The position numbers and the translations under genes were made by a program. The notes beneath the pieces were generated by a model. It saw only the letters and a list, made by a program, of their open reading frames with translations. It was not told the origin of the DNA and made no database searches. A stretch of 64,000 bases of DNA from the human T2T-CHM13v2.0 reference genome, Homo sapiens, in assembly GCF_009914755.1 (NCBI RefSeq), contig NC_060947.1. One strand, written 5' to 3'. This document shows, piece by piece, positions 1 to 19,117 of this stretch (position 1 is its first letter; each line of letters begins with the position of its first letter).

Positions 1-561
1 TCAGAAAAGCATGACCACTGATACCACCTATAGTGTCAAGTAAACTGTCTCTGCATGCTTCAAAAATGCTCGCTCTTTAGGGTATCAAATCAGTACTGAG
101 TCCCAAGAATAGGCAAAAAGGGCTTTTCCTATTCTGTATTACACTGTGTTGACTTAGATCTAAAGCTAACCCACTTACGCCCAGAATTTCAGAGCCTTTC
201 TTGAATGTTCCCTGCCATTTCTGGTTTGTTCATCCTTCTCTAACCACAAGGGGTCACTCAGTACACAGGGCTGGGAACACATCCTATATTATCACCTCTG
301 TTCTCTTTCTTCATCTCTTTTGGTTCCTCTCCCCAGAATAAACAAACAAACAAACAAACACTTCTCATAGTTTATCAATGGTAACAAATGGATATTAGTA
401 TGTGGAGAGTGGAGGGTAGACAGGGAGCTCATTACACTAGCTGCAGCCAACACAAGAGTTCCCATTATACTTTAGCCATAGTAAAATATTCGTAGTCTTT
501 TGATTTAATTGATCCTTCCTTAAAATGGTGTGTGTGTTGGGTGGGGTTGCAGTCGCAAATA

Positions 562-3262
<2,701 letters not shown>

Positions 3263-3276
3263 TATGTAGAAACTAG

Positions 3277-3528
3277 GGCCAGGCACCACGGCTCATGCCT
3301 GTAATCCCAGCACTTTGGGAGGCCGAAGCAGGCGGATTGCTTGAGCCCAGGAGACCAGCCTGGGCAACATGGCAAAACCTCATCTCTACAAAAAATACAA
3401 AAATTACCTGATTATGGTGGTGCATGCCTGTAGTCCCAGCTACTAGGGAGGCTGAGGTGGGAGGATCACCTGATCCTAGGAGGTTGAGGCTGCACTGCAG
3501 CTTGGGTGACAGAGCAAGATTCTGTCTC

Positions 3529-3566
<38 letters not shown>
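3277..3566 (+). mobile_element. AluJ-like element with (CA)n tail (3532-3566)
   Basis: Alu consensus motifs followed by a CA dinucleotide array. Confidence 0.9.
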
Positions 3567-3568
<2 letters not shown>

Positions 3569-3938
3569 AAACTAGGATAATAGAAGGAGGCTATTTGAAT
3601 GTAACTGTAAACACAGATTGGGACTCCTAGCGTAATGACTTACAGTTATTTTTGGATGCTAGAATGATGCGGGCTTTTCTTGATCCCATACTCCATCCAC
3701 ATGGATTTAAAGCCCTTCCCATCTTCAATGAAAGAACTAAATGGAATAAATAGATAACAAACAATCTAGGTGAGAGACTGAAGCAAAGAAAATGTAGGAG
3801 CTCAGAAGAAGAGAGAGGCTTAACAGCAGGAGAGGCCTGTAGAAAAATGAAGAGATGACTCCAAGAGGGAAGTGGTTCCCTAGGAGAAAGGTGACTACAT
3901 GGATGGCTCCAGGAATTAATACAACGGTTCAACATGTA

Positions 3939-4215
3939 GGCCAGGTGCGGTGGCTCACACCTGTAGTCCCAACACTTTGCATTGCCAAGGCAGGAAGACT
4001 GCTTGAGCCCAGGAGTTTAAGACCAGCCTGGGCAACATAGCGAGAAAAAATTAGCTGGACATGGTGGCTCACAGCTGTAGTCCCAGCTACTCAGGAGGCT
4101 CAGGTGGAAGGATCACTTGAGCCTGGGAGGTTGGGACTGCAGTGAGCCATGATCGCGCCACTGCACTCCAGCCTGGGTGACAGAACAAGATTCTGTCTCA
4201 AAAAAAAAAAAAAAA
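3939..4215 (+). mobile_element. AluJ-like element
   Basis: Alu dimer with internal deletion and poly(A). Confidence 0.9.
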
Positions 4216-4269
4216 TTCAACACACATACATCTGTTAGCAGGATGAGCTACATAGTGTGGAAAAGCTAC

Positions 4270-4700
4270 TTCCAGTTCTGAAAAGAGATCCCTTTCTTGC
4301 ACATTCTTCTGGGCTCAGGGCAAGTGACTAATTGGCTAAGAGTAAGATTTATCTTTTTGGAAATGTATTTTATTGTGTTCCATTTGGGTATTCAAAACAG
4401 TAAAGAAGTTACACCTACCAACTCTGAGTGTTTGGCTTTGAATGGCTTCCAGGGAAGTTGCTGTGTTGGCAGTTTTCTTCATTGGATGCAGAGAATAGAA
4501 GTTTCACATTTTGATGCCCTTAGCCATCTTTAGCCCCAAATTAGGTCCTGTGTCTACAGTTATTTCCCTACCCAAATGGCTAATACCACGTTGTAAAACT
4601 CTCAAAACCATGGGACTAGTATTTTTGAGGTATAATTAGTTGTTTCTATTGCCCTTACCCAGGTTATAATGTAACATACCTTTAATCAGTACTCATTTAT
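4270..4700 (-). pseudogene. Fossil Ty3/Gypsy integrase fragment (HHCC zinc finger and start of core)
   Basis: Manual minus-strand translation with stops and frameshifts: VLIKGMLHY..KQLIIPQKY*..MVLRVLQRGISHLGREIT..LCIQ*RKLP..SELVGV..LP*AQKNVQERDLFSEL. Recalled Gypsy IN pattern: QLVLP..MVLKSLHDDMGHLGVERT..CVRRKTLP..LELVC..LPARIHSDQGRDFES. Confidence 0.72.
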
Positions 4701-5039
4701 GCTATTCTTCAAGCAAAATATATATTCCTCTGGAAATATCTTACAAAATTTATCCTAGGAGGCCCTGGGTCTTTCCATTAATCAGCCGCTTTAGCTTGCA
4801 TTCTGTCCATTGTCCATTCCTCTGGGTCTCACTCCTAGTTGGAAGATTGACAGGTTGTTAGGACCAGAGTTGATCACCACCATAGACCCATTCCCTGGAG
4901 ACCAGCCCCAATTTCTGCTATTTCTCATTCAGAAAAGTATGCTATACTTTGGGAGCTAGATGGCCCTGAACCCTTCATCCAAGATACTTTCAATAGCCTT
5001 AGATATGCCTTGTGAAAAACAGCATCACTGTCTTAATCT

Positions 5040-5409
5040 TAAACCCAAGGCTGTAGAAAATATTGTACTGAATCATAAAATTAATATATGAGTGCTATTG
5101 CTAGTAGCACCTATCAGCATTGGTAAGTATACAGATAAGCAGTACATAAGAAAAGGCACACTATAAACATATTCTCTGTAAGAGCCCTTTTAAAGACAAG
5201 AATGATATTTTGTGAATAGGATATTGAATCTCACCTGCAGACAGACTTATACTGGCAATAACTACATACATATATCCTCTCTTCTTAATTGTCCTGATAA
5301 ACCACAATCCTAATGTAAAAAGAATGGTAAATACAAGTTTTGGGGAGGTCAAAAATGTTAGGATGGAAGCCTAAACAGGTCATCACTGCCTGAAATACCT
5401 ATCTGTAGG
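5040..5409 (-). pseudogene. Fossil Ty3/Gypsy RNase H fragment
   Basis: ORF 5161-5352 contains YVVIASISLSAGEIQYPIHKISFLSLK, matching the Gypsy RNase H motif VIAYASRGLS.SE..YPAHKLEFLALKW. Confidence 0.82.
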
Positions 5410-5689
<280 letters not shown>

Positions 5690-6263
5690 ATACAGGCCTT
5701 TTCTGGCTAATCCCTAAAGGGGTAGAATGACCTGGCTATCTGGTCATTGAAATACCCCATTTTAAATCTAGTAACTCCAAGTCAGTTCATAAAGGGGTTT
5801 CAGAAATCTGTAATGCCCATTGAACCTCAAGAACATCCTTAATTAATATAATTGCTGAACAGAGACAGTTGATAAGAACAAAAATCTTTTGAAAATCTGT
5901 GATCATCTCCAGTCGTGGCATAATATGCCCTATGTAATCCAGGACTGGTAGAATTGGCATTTGCCAATGAATACCTTCAGGCTTGCATTTTGCAAAGGGT
6001 TCCATATTAAGAGCAGTTATCATTAATTCTCCTCCAAATTCCTGGCAAATATAATTATACCATTTAAATAAACTAACATCACCAGGTAATTCCAATTACC
6101 AATCACTTTTTCCATCAACTGCTGGAATATAGTAGTTCCTTCACAAAGATAACTTGGAGCAGCCTTTCGGACTGATAAATTCCCACAAGACAGATGAAAG
6201 CTTCCTTTTAATTGCTCACTTCATCCATAGGAATTTAATAATATTTACACCTCCAGTCCAACA
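5690..6263 (-). pseudogene. Fossil Ty3/Gypsy reverse transcriptase core
   Basis: Minus-strand translation: LDWRCKYY*IPMDEVSN*KEAFICLVGIYQSERLLQ / TIFQQLMEKVIGNWNYLVMLVYLNGIIIFARNLEEN / LKVFIGKCQF / YIGHIM / FLRFNGHYRF / LKPLYELT. All are canonical Gypsy RT motifs in order; YLDD has decayed to YLNG at 6059-6070. Confidence 0.9.
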
Positions 6264-6279
6264 AATATTAACTCATTAC

Positions 6280-6415
6280 AATATACATGGTAGTTGATAT
6301 TTCCTTTTACAAATGAGGAAACTGAGACACGGAGAGATTAAATGACTAACCCAAGCACACACACTAGTTACTGGTGGAGCTGAGATGTGAACCCAAATAT
6401 TGAGTCTTCACTCTT
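6280..6415. mobile_element. MIR SINE
   Basis: MIR core ttttacaaatgaggaaactgagacacggagagattaaatgactaacccaag. Confidence 0.85.
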
Positions 6416-6429
6416 AATGTCTACTTTTC

Positions 6430-6625
6430 AATCTTACTAGATAGTTTCTTAAATGAGTAAAGATTCCCGCAACTGCGTCTCATGCTTGTCACCTTGAATA
6501 CACCCACCCCATTGACAGAGGGAGAAAAGTTTACTCTTGGCTTAGAATTTCCTCCTCAATCTCACCATCCTCTCTTCAGGTGTTAGTGAGTTCTCCTAAC
6601 TAAAACTGTCTGCATTTAACCTAGG
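6430..6625 (-). pseudogene. Fossil Gypsy pol, protease-RT linker / RT N-terminus
   Basis: LNADSFS*ENSLTPEERMVRLRRKF*AKSKLFSLCQWGGCIQGDKHETQL resembles the vertebrate Gypsy motif FDFGDSPIPEEWK.RLRQKL....VFSLHEWDVG..KGVEH.IRL. Confidence 0.72.
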
Positions 6626-6689
6626 GGACCAGGGAGTGTTCTTATCCAGGATAGAAATATGGGTTGGGGCAATGGGACAATGCCAAAAG

Positions 6690-7470
6690 AGAGTTGTAAA
6701 AAACCATCATTACACTCAAGCCAAAATAGGAAAGGGTAAAAATCTATACATCATTATCATAGCCATTGGCATATAGGCCCTGCCAAGTCCACCAATATTG
6801 GCCATCTGGTTTGCAAATACAGTGGAATTGATAAAAGAACCATTGAGAAGTTTGAGAAGGCAGTACCTGAGCTGGGAAAGAGATCCCTCAAATAAGCCTG
6901 GGCCTTGAATAAATCGTTAAGTTAAACATGAACGTGATGGCATCACCAATATCTTTCTATGGACATTCAACACCTTCAAATCCTATGTGCTCATCATTAA
7001 TGTCTCAGGACACAAATGTTTTCTTCTAAAACATTTACACATACACTTAAGCCTGATGGAATTGGCTAACATAAAATAATTGTTTGTTTTAAAAAATGAA
7101 TTCCACCGAGACACTCTACAACCGGGAAATATATGACAAAATTGTTAAAGAACCCAGCCCTTACTTTTCAAAAATTGGCTACAACCCAAACAGTAGTATT
7201 TGCTCTAATTTCTAATTGAAATGGGAAAAATATGCTGGAGTCAAGCTCTAAAATAACTTCATCAAATGGATGGGAATTAATATATAAGGATGACATTGCT
7301 TGAAATACACTGCATGAAGCTTTGGATTCCATCCTGAAGGAGGAAACATCTAAAACTGTCTAACTTAGCTACAAAAGTTTAAGTGTAAGACTAGCTAATG
7401 ATAACAATGCATCATAAAAACTTTAGATGAAAAGAAATATTTTGTGGATCATTTATTTTGTGGAAATTTG
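6690..7470 (+). pseudogene. Ancient EEF1A1 processed pseudogene (5'UTR end, N-terminal ~235 codons with deletions, 3'UTR piece)
   Basis: [35 protein letters not shown] from 6800; KIGYNP region ~7170; start codon decayed to ATA at 6726; 3'UTR signature taatgataacaatgcatc at ~7395; intronless. Confidence 0.9.
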
Positions 7471-7570
7471 TAACAGACTATGTCAGTTTCCTACCCAAAA
7501 ATTACTAGTCCCATCCCTTGCTGGCAGAGGTATCATTAATTACATACAAGCCAAAATACCAAGCAATCCT

Positions 7571-7759
<189 letters not shown>

Positions 7760-7841
7760 TGAATATTTTGTTGATGAATACTGGATTTTTAAAATTTCTT
7801 TAATTTTTTTTGAGTTTTGTCTAGGGGTGTTGTTAAATTAT

Positions 7842-8017
7842 GTGAAGACACAGAGAGAAGACAGCCATCTACAAGCCAAGAAGAGAGGCCTCAGAAGAAA
7901 ACAATCCTATGGACACCTTGATCTGACTTCTTGCCCAGGAATGTGAGAAAATAAATTTCTGTAATGTAAGCCACCCAGTCTGTGGTACTTTGTTACAGCA
8001 GCCCTAGCAAACTAATA
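7842..8017 (+). mobile_element. MLT1-type MaLR LTR fragment
   Basis: gccatctacaagccaagaagagaggcctcagaag...gtactttgttacagcagccctagcaaactaa. Confidence 0.8.
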
Positions 8018-8236
8018 AATTGCCCACTAAAGCATCATAACTGATAAAGAATGTAGTTATCAGTTTATAAGATTGACACTCTAAAAATGGAAACAACCTG
8101 ACCAAAAGCTACCACAGATTTTTTGGAACAATTTAAACAAAGTTAATATAAAGCAAAACAAAACAAAAACAAATAAGACCAAGTGTTGGGGTTCCACCTT
8201 AAATGACTGTAAAACAGGACAAAACTTACAAAATAA

Positions 8237-10020
<1,784 letters not shown>

Positions 10021-10036
10021 AAAATGTTAACAGACA

Positions 10037-10858
10037 CTTCTCAAAAGAAGACATTTATGCAGCCAAAAAACACATGAAGAAATGCTCATCATCACTGGCC
10101 ATCAGAGAAATGCAAATCAAAACCACTATGAGATATCATCTCACACCAGTTAGAATGGCAATCATTAAAAAGTCAGGAAACAACAGGTGCTGGAGAGGAT
10201 GTGGAGAAATAGGAACACTTTTACACTGTTGGTGGGACTGTAAACTAGTTCAACCATTGTGGAAGTCAGTGTGGCGATTCCTCAGGGATCTAGAACTAGA
10301 AATACCATTTGACCCAGCCATCCCATTACTGGGTATATACCCAAAGGACTATAAATCATGCTGCTATAAAGACACATGCACACGTATGTTTATTGCGGCA
10401 CTATTCACAATAGCAAAGACTTGGAACCAACCCAAATGTCCAACAATGATAGACTGGATTAAGAAAATGTGGCACATATACACCATGGAATACTATGCAG
10501 CCATAAAAAATGATGAGTTCATGTCCTTTGTAGGGACATGGATGAAATTGGAAACCATCATTCTCAGTAAACTATCGCAAGAACAAAAAACCAAACACCG
10601 CATATTCTCACTCATAGGTGGGAATTGAACAATGAGATCACATGGACACAGGAAGGGGAATATCACACTCTGGGGACTGTGGTGGGGTTGGGGGAGGGGG
10701 GAGGGATAGCATTGGGAGATATACCTAATGCTAGATGACACGTTAGTGGGTGCAGCGCACCAGCATGGCACATGTATACATATGTAACTAACCTGCACAA
10801 TGTGCACATGTACCCTAAAACTTAGAGTATAATAAAAAAAAAAAATTAAAAAAAAAAA
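10037..10858 (+). mobile_element. 5'-truncated L1HS (pre-Ta) with intact ORF2 C-terminus, 3'UTR and poly(A)
   Basis: ORF 10074-10628 is the L1 ORF2p C-terminus (..[10 protein letters not shown]). Diagnostic ACG at 10740-10742 and G at 10825. TSD aaaatgtt(a/c)acagaca. Confidence 0.93.
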
Positions 10859-11664
10859 ATGTTCACAGACATACAGGAGCTCAAAGAGTATGTCATCAGT
10901 CAACCAAAAGTTCAAGAAAGATTTTGCTTCCATCATATGGGAGCAAAATGGCAGAGTAGGCACCTCCCAATACCTGCCTATTCACAGAAACATTTAAAAA
11001 AAATGCAGAGCTGTCAGAATCAACTTTCCCAGAACTCTGGAAATCAGTCAAATGTTTACAGCAACCAAGCAAACACCGAATCAAGAAAAAGATAACTTTA
11101 AAATGCAAGGAAACACTTTTGGTGTTTTTAATTGCCCTTGTCCTGCTCCCTTCCCTACTCTACAGAGGTCTTGAAGACAGCAGCTTATGGTTCTATGCAC
11201 ATGCCAAAGACAGGACCATGCTCAGAAAAGACCTGACAAGACCTTGTTTTCAACACTGGCTGATCTATAGGCTCAGTGTAAGTGAAGTGAAGGCTGAGGC
11301 AGAATTATAAGTCGCCTAGCTAAGTTTTAAAGAGGGGTCCAGCACAGAACCAATCTATTATGACTGGGGAAGGTTTATTTTTGGTTTTTGATTTTTTTTT
11401 TAATTCCTGGCAGTCAAGAAAACCTCAGTCAAAAACACATGGAATACAACCAAAGCCTTCAATAATCAAGATTAACAAACCCTGGGGAAGAGGGAGAGAA
11501 TCTGATTTCCAGAGCTACCATATTATGATATTTGAATGTCCAGTTTTCGACAACAACAACAAAAAACCCACAAAACATACAAAGAAACAGGAAAGTATGG
11601 CCCATTCAAAGAAGAAAATAAATAAACAGAAATTGTCCTCGAGGAAGCCCAGACATTGGACTTT

Positions 11665-12052
11665 GTCTTAGGCCTTTGGTGCTGCTAAAAAAAAAAAAAA
11701 AAAAAAAATCCTACTACAGACTGGGTAATTTATAAACAGAAATTTATTTATCACATGTTTAGCGGCTGGGATGCCGAGATCAAGATACCAGCAGATTTGG
11801 TGTCTGGTGAGGGCCTGGTATCTTCTTCTTGTTCCATACTCCAGAAGGGAGGAAAGCTATGTCCTGACATGGCAGAAGGGCAGAAAAGAATGAATGAACT
11901 CTCCCAAAGCCTTTTATATTGGCCTTAATCCCACCCATGAGGGCTTTGCCGTCATGAGTTAATGACCTCTTAAAGGCCCCACTTAATACTATCACTTTGG
12001 CAATTAAGTGTCAACATATGAATTTGGGGGAGATACCATTATTCAAACTATA
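11665..12052. mobile_element. MaLR LTR (MST/MLT1A-like)
   Basis: agactgggtaatttataaacagaaatttatt...cagcagatttggtgtctggtgagggcc...aaaggccccac. Confidence 0.75.
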
Positions 12053-12249
12053 GGAGGCTTACTAGACAAATATTTTATTTTTTTAATTGACAAAATTGTC
12101 TTTATGATGTATTACATGATGCTTTAAAATATGTAAACATTACAGTTTGTCTAACTTGAACTAAGTAACATATGTGTTACCTTACATACCTATCATTTTT
12201 GTTGTTGTGAGAACACTTAAAATCTACTCTCTTAGCAAGAGACAAAGGA

Positions 12250-13530
<1,281 letters not shown>

Positions 13531-13659
13531 TATATTCAATATAACAATTATAAATATACTGTGAAAAAATACACAAGAATGTATTTTTAATGAGGCAACA
13601 GATAACAATATAACATGGATTTTAAGTAATAGTTAGAAAAGTATTTTTAGTTTAAAATT

Positions 13660-15190
13660 TAAAAAATAGAAATTAAATAGCACACTTCTAAAACGATAGG
13701 TCAAATAAAAAATCTACAAGAGGAATGAGAAAATACCTTGAGGTGAACACAAATGAAAACACAACATAATAAAACTTATGTGATGCAGTAAAAACAGTGC
13801 TTAGAGGAAATTTAAATGGCTATAAACACCTACATTAAAAATGTAAAAAACAGCTGGTCATGGTGGCTCACACCTGTAATCTCAGCACTTTGAGAGGCTA
13901 AGGTGGGAGGATCACTTAAGGCCAGGAGCTTGAGTCTAGCCTGGGAAACACAGTGAAATCCCATCTCTTAAAAAAATATAGAAAAATTATCCAGATGTGG
14001 TGGCGCATGCCTGTAGTCCTAGCTACTCAGGAGGCTGAGGTGGGAGGATTGCTTGAGTCCAGGAGTTTGAGGCTGCAGTGAGCTAGGATCACGCCACTGC
14101 ACTGTATAGCCTGGGCAACAGAGCAAGACCCTGTCTCTTAAAAAAGAAGGAGAAAAAGAAAGATAAATATTAAATCCATAACCCAACTTTACAGCTTAAG
14201 AAACTAGGAAAAGAAGAGCAAACTAAATCCAAAACCAGCAGAAGGAAGGAAAAAATAAAGATTAGACACGGATAAATGAAATAAAAAGAACAGAAAAAAC
14301 AATAGAGAAAATCAACAAGACCAAAATTAGTTCTTTAAAAAGATGAAAAAAATTGACAAATCTTTAGCTAGACTGACTAAGAAAAGAGAAAAGACAAATT
14401 ACTAATATCAGAAATTAAAGTGGAGATATTACTACCAAATTTATAGAAATAAAAGTACCATAGCTGAATAGTATAAACAACTGTATAGCAACAAATATGA
14501 TCACCTACATAAATGGACAAATTTCTGGAAACATAAACTGCCAAACTGACTTAAGAAGAAATAGAAAATCTGAATAGCAATGTAATAGGTAAAGAGATTG
14601 TATCAGTAATCAAAAATCTCCCAAAAAAGAAAAATCAAGAGCTAGATGACTTTACTGGTGAATTATGTTAACACAAAACATGTAAAGAATTAATACCAAT
14701 CCTTCTCAAACATTTCCAAAATATTGGAGAAGAAGAAACATTCCCAACTCATTCTATGATGCCAGCAGTATCCTATTACCAAAGCCAGAAAAAGACACCA
14801 CAGTAAATGAAAACTACAGACCAATATCCCTTATAAATTTGCATGTGAATATCTCAAGAAAATACTGGCAAACTGAGCAGTATATTAAAAGGATTATACA
14901 TCAAGACCAAATGGGATTTATCGCAGGAATGCAAAGGTCATTCAACATAAGAAAATCAACCAATACAATAAATTACATTAATAGAAAGACGGAAAAAACC
15001 CACATGATCATCTCACTTGATGCAGAAAAGTCATTCATGATAAAAACACTCAGTAAACTAGGAATAAAAGGAAACTTCCTCAACATGATAAAGGGCATTA
15101 TGAAAAGCCTGCAGCTAACATCATACTCAATGGTGAAAAACTGAAAGTTTTTCCCCTATGATCAGGTACAAGACTAGGCTGCTTGTTTTT
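13660..15190 (+). mobile_element. Old L1M ORF2 fragment with nested AluJ (13855-14145)
   Basis: IKRIIHQDQMGFIAGMQRSFNIRKS..HMIISLDAEK, L1 ORF2 RT region. Confidence 0.88.
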
Positions 15191-15194
15191 GCCA

Positions 15195-15515
15195 TATTTA
15201 TTTATTTATTTATTTTTAGACACAGTCTAGCTCTGTCGCTCAGGCTGGAGTGCAGTTGCGTGATCTCAGGCTTACTGCAACCTCTACCTCCTGGGTTCAA
15301 GCGATTCTCCCACCTCAGCCTCACCAGTGGCTGGGATTACAGACACGTATCATCAAGCACCACACACTACGCCTGGCTAAGTTTTGTATTTTTAGTAGAT
15401 ATGGGGTTTTGCCATGTTGACCAGGCTGGTCTCGAACTCCTGACCTCAGGTGATCTGCCCCCTTCGGCCTCCCAAACTGCTGGGATTACAGGCGTGAGCC
15501 ACTGCATCTGGCTGG
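15195..15515 (-). mobile_element. AluS
   Basis: Reverse Alu with (ttta)n tail. Confidence 0.9.
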
Positions 15516-15709
15516 CATATTCTTAAAAAGTTAAATATATACCTATCATATGATCCAGCCATTCCACCCCTTAGGTACCTAGACAGTAGTACCTAAGTAC
15601 TGTTTAAGTTACAGTAATAAATAATCATGTGGTAGTAACATAAGGATAGACATCTGTCTAAGTACCTAAGGGATGGAATGCTATGTACAGCACTGGGCAA
15701 GCCATGCTT

Positions 15710-15870
15710 CGCATATCACCTGGGCCAGGCACATAACTGCTAATGTTTCTATAAGTCTTTCAGGAAAATTTCAGCTTTAAAATAATATGACTCAGATTTG
15801 TGTAATCTGTACACAAAATACATAGTACCCAGTTAGTCAACTGGATATTGGAAGGCAACTGGCATTCTCT
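15710..15870 (-). pseudogene. Putative Gypsy protease C-terminal remnant
   Basis: LPISS*LTG..YTNLSHIILKLKF/PERLIETLAVMC weakly resembles LPIHP..GL..YPYLGYV.V.LEFPE..LALIC. It lies in the expected position between gag and RT; no catalytic DTG seen. Confidence 0.4.
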
Positions 15871-15921
15871 GACAAACTCATTTTTCCAACCTTTCGAACT
15901 TTCCAGGATGTTCTCCAACTT

Positions 15922-16443
15922 TAGGGTATCATAACTTTCAGCTGTATGTAACAGAAAAGTGGAAATACATTACCTTAAATAATAAAGATAACTTATTATT
16001 CCTTGTAACCAAAAAGTCCAGAGTTAGGTGAGGTTTCAAGTGAGGCCCAATTCAACGGCTCAGTGATGTCACCAAAGACCTAACATCTTTTCATCTTTAT
16101 TTGCTGCCTTCATTGATATCCACTTCACTTTAAGGCTGCTATCTATTCCCTCCAAACTGACTTCTGGAGGCTTTGTTTCCTCATTCACATCCAAAAGAAA
16201 GTCAACACTTCCTCCTTTTCACCAAGGGAGTTTTTATACTGAAGCCTCCAGCAACTGTCTCCTTAGACCAAATTAGCTTAAGTCAATATAGAACTGAATC
16301 TGGGCATGGAATCATTTCCCCTAAAACACATGGTCTGTGTTGGGTAACAAGGGATAGCTACCTGAGTGAAAATCAGGATATTATTACCAAAAGGATAGAG
16401 AGATGGACGCTAGGTAGATAAAAACAGTAAATGTTCACTACAA
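15922..16443. mobile_element. Old ERVL-class LTR (LTR33-like)
   Basis: cagctgtatgtaacagaaaa...ggctcagtgatgtcaccaaagacc...cactaca pattern. Confidence 0.55.
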
Positions 16444-16679
16444 TTGGGAAAAATACAGATGGGATTTTATGGTCAGTATTTGTACATAAGCTCATCCCCC
16501 ACCTTTAGTAGGCCAGCTTACTTTGTGGGATCCTTGTACCTCTTTATCCAGTGGTTTTCCTTTTGAGGGATTACAAGAGGACACAGATTTTCTTTTTCCT
16601 TGAACTTTTCATCATTTGTACCAGTCTCTATAGTCACTTCAGTTGTTTGAGGGCTTCTCTTTTTATTGGCTTAGAAGCT

Positions 16680-17132
16680 TAGCATTTTCCTTCTCTCTTT
16701 TCCACATCATGTGCAACATGGGAAGGAGTAAGAAGTGTCTGTCCTTGGGTGGAAAGCTAGAACTTTAGCAGCGTGTCTCTAGGACAGCCTCTGCCTTCAC
16801 TAGCTTGAGGTGGGTCTGATCTTCATTATTAATTGCTCCTCTTTTTGGTTGTCTTCGACAGGTATTTCCAGCCTTAAATTTAGTAGATATCTTTTTTTTT
16901 TTTCCCATACTCTCCTAAGTAGGAAGGAGTGTACTCTGTGCATCCCTGTGGCTCTTAATGCTTTCAAACGCCAGCTCATGAGTCTTCAAACTTTTGGTCT
17001 TTCTAACTGATGCTTTGCTTCCCTGGAGAAAACTAATTACTTTATTATTATTTTTTTCATCATTGTCCTTCTTGTTTCTACATCTGGTATATGCCACTCT
17101 TGCTGCAGCTCAGTAGCATGTCCCAGTCCAAG
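16680..17132 (-). pseudogene. PNMA-like Gag capsid remnant (C-terminal part)
   Basis: LGHATELQQEWHIPDVETRRTMM / VISFLQ..SLKTHELAFESIKSHRDAQSTLLPT / LRLEIP / RGAINNEDQTHLKLV. Recalled PNMA1: WLEHTNEVLEEWQVSDVEKRRRLM..CLKALEQVFGSVESSRDAQIKFLNT..IRLEP..KGAIDKDNVNQARLEQV. Confidence 0.85.
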
Positions 17133-17490
17133 TGTATTAGTCTGTTTTCATGCTGCTGATAAAGACACATCTGAGACTGAGCAATTTACAAAAGAAAGAG
17201 GTTTAATGGACTCACAGTTCCACGTGGCTGGGGAGGCCTCACAATCACAGCAGAAGATGAAAGGCACGTCTCACATGGTGGCAGATAAGAGAAGAGAACT
17301 TGTGCAGGGAAACTCCCCTTTATAAAACCACCAGATCTCGTGAGACTTATTCACTATCATGAGAACAGCAGGGGAAAGACCCGCCCCATGATTCAATTAC
17401 CTCCCACAGGGTCCCTTCCATGACACGTAGGAATTGTGAGAGTTACAATTCAAGATGAGATTTGTGTAGGGACACAGTCAAACCATATCA
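17133..17490. mobile_element. THE1-type MaLR solo LTR inserted into the PNMA-like gag
   Basis: TG...CA termini, THE1 consensus similarity, perfect 5-bp TSD CCAAG (17128-17132 and 17491-17495). Confidence 0.92.
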
Positions 17491-18185
<695 letters not shown>

Positions 18186-18534
18186 TATCAGGCACTATAT
18201 ATTTGCTGACAAAATAAATGCATGAATTAGTGAAAATACAGTAGTTATATACCAAATGAAAAATCAAATTATGAGACATATATAATATTATTCCTTCTCT
18301 GTAAAATGTAACATATATTTGAATAAGCCTACCTACATAGAAAAGTCTGGAATTATACATAAAAATGAATGTATAAAATAGTTTACCTTTAAGACTGGGA
18401 TGAAAATTTTTAAAACTTAGTTACTTTTGACAATGATTTTTAATTGTTTCCTTCCTTCTTTTCTCTACTTATTTCCCTTCTTTATTCTTTCATTTATTTA
18501 TTTTTTTCTTTGCATCACAATCATATATTCTTTA

Positions 18535-19080
18535 ATACACTTTTTATTTTGGAATATTTTTAGATTTACAGGAAAGCTGCAAAGATAGTACATGGTTTCA
18601 GCTTCTCTTTATGTTATCATCTTACATTACTATGGTACACTTGTTTAAAGTAAGAAACCAACATTGGTACATTATTAACTAAATTCCAAACTTCAGTCAC
18701 ATTTGACGAATTTTTCCATTAATTTCCTTTTTTCCTTTCCAGGATCCAATCCAATTGCATTTAGTTGTCATGTCTCCTTAGTCTGCTCTGTCCTGTGACA
18801 GTTTCTTTCCTTGTTTTTTTTATGAACTTGATAGTTTCAGGGTGTACTAGGCAGGAATATTGAAGAATACCTCTTAATTTGTGTTTATTGGCTATTTTTT
18901 AAAATTAGACCGGGTTTGAGTTTTTGGGAGAAATATGATATAATCGATGTGTCCTCTTTGCATCATACTGGGGTACATGTTAACAACATGACTTATCCCT
19001 ACTGATGTTCACTTTGATCACTTGGTTAAGGTGGTATTTGCTGTTTCTCCACATTCAAGTTACTGTTTCTCCCTTTCCAG
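18535..19080 (-). mobile_element. L1MC/ME 3' fragment
   Basis: tttagatttacaggaaagctgcaaagatagtac...ccaggatccaatcc..gcatttagttgtcatgtctcctta. Confidence 0.75.
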
Positions 19081-19117
19081 CACGTATTAGTTTAATAATA
19101 AAACAACTAATAACATG

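Noticed and set aside
3570-3938. Continuation of the Gypsy integrase core; 102-aa ORF 3627-3935
   Set aside because: No convincing YHPQG/ERFNRTL motif could be read; left unassigned.
5787-6095. 102-aa ORF as a novel gene
   Set aside because: A frame-mixed piece of the decayed RT; only the YIGHIM part is in the pol frame.
16700-16725. CCT*CGKE as the Gag CCHC zinc knuckle
   Set aside because: The alternative frame (LLPMLHMMWKREKE) fits the end of the PNMA capsid positionally, and no H/C follows. No zinc knuckle could be confidently located.
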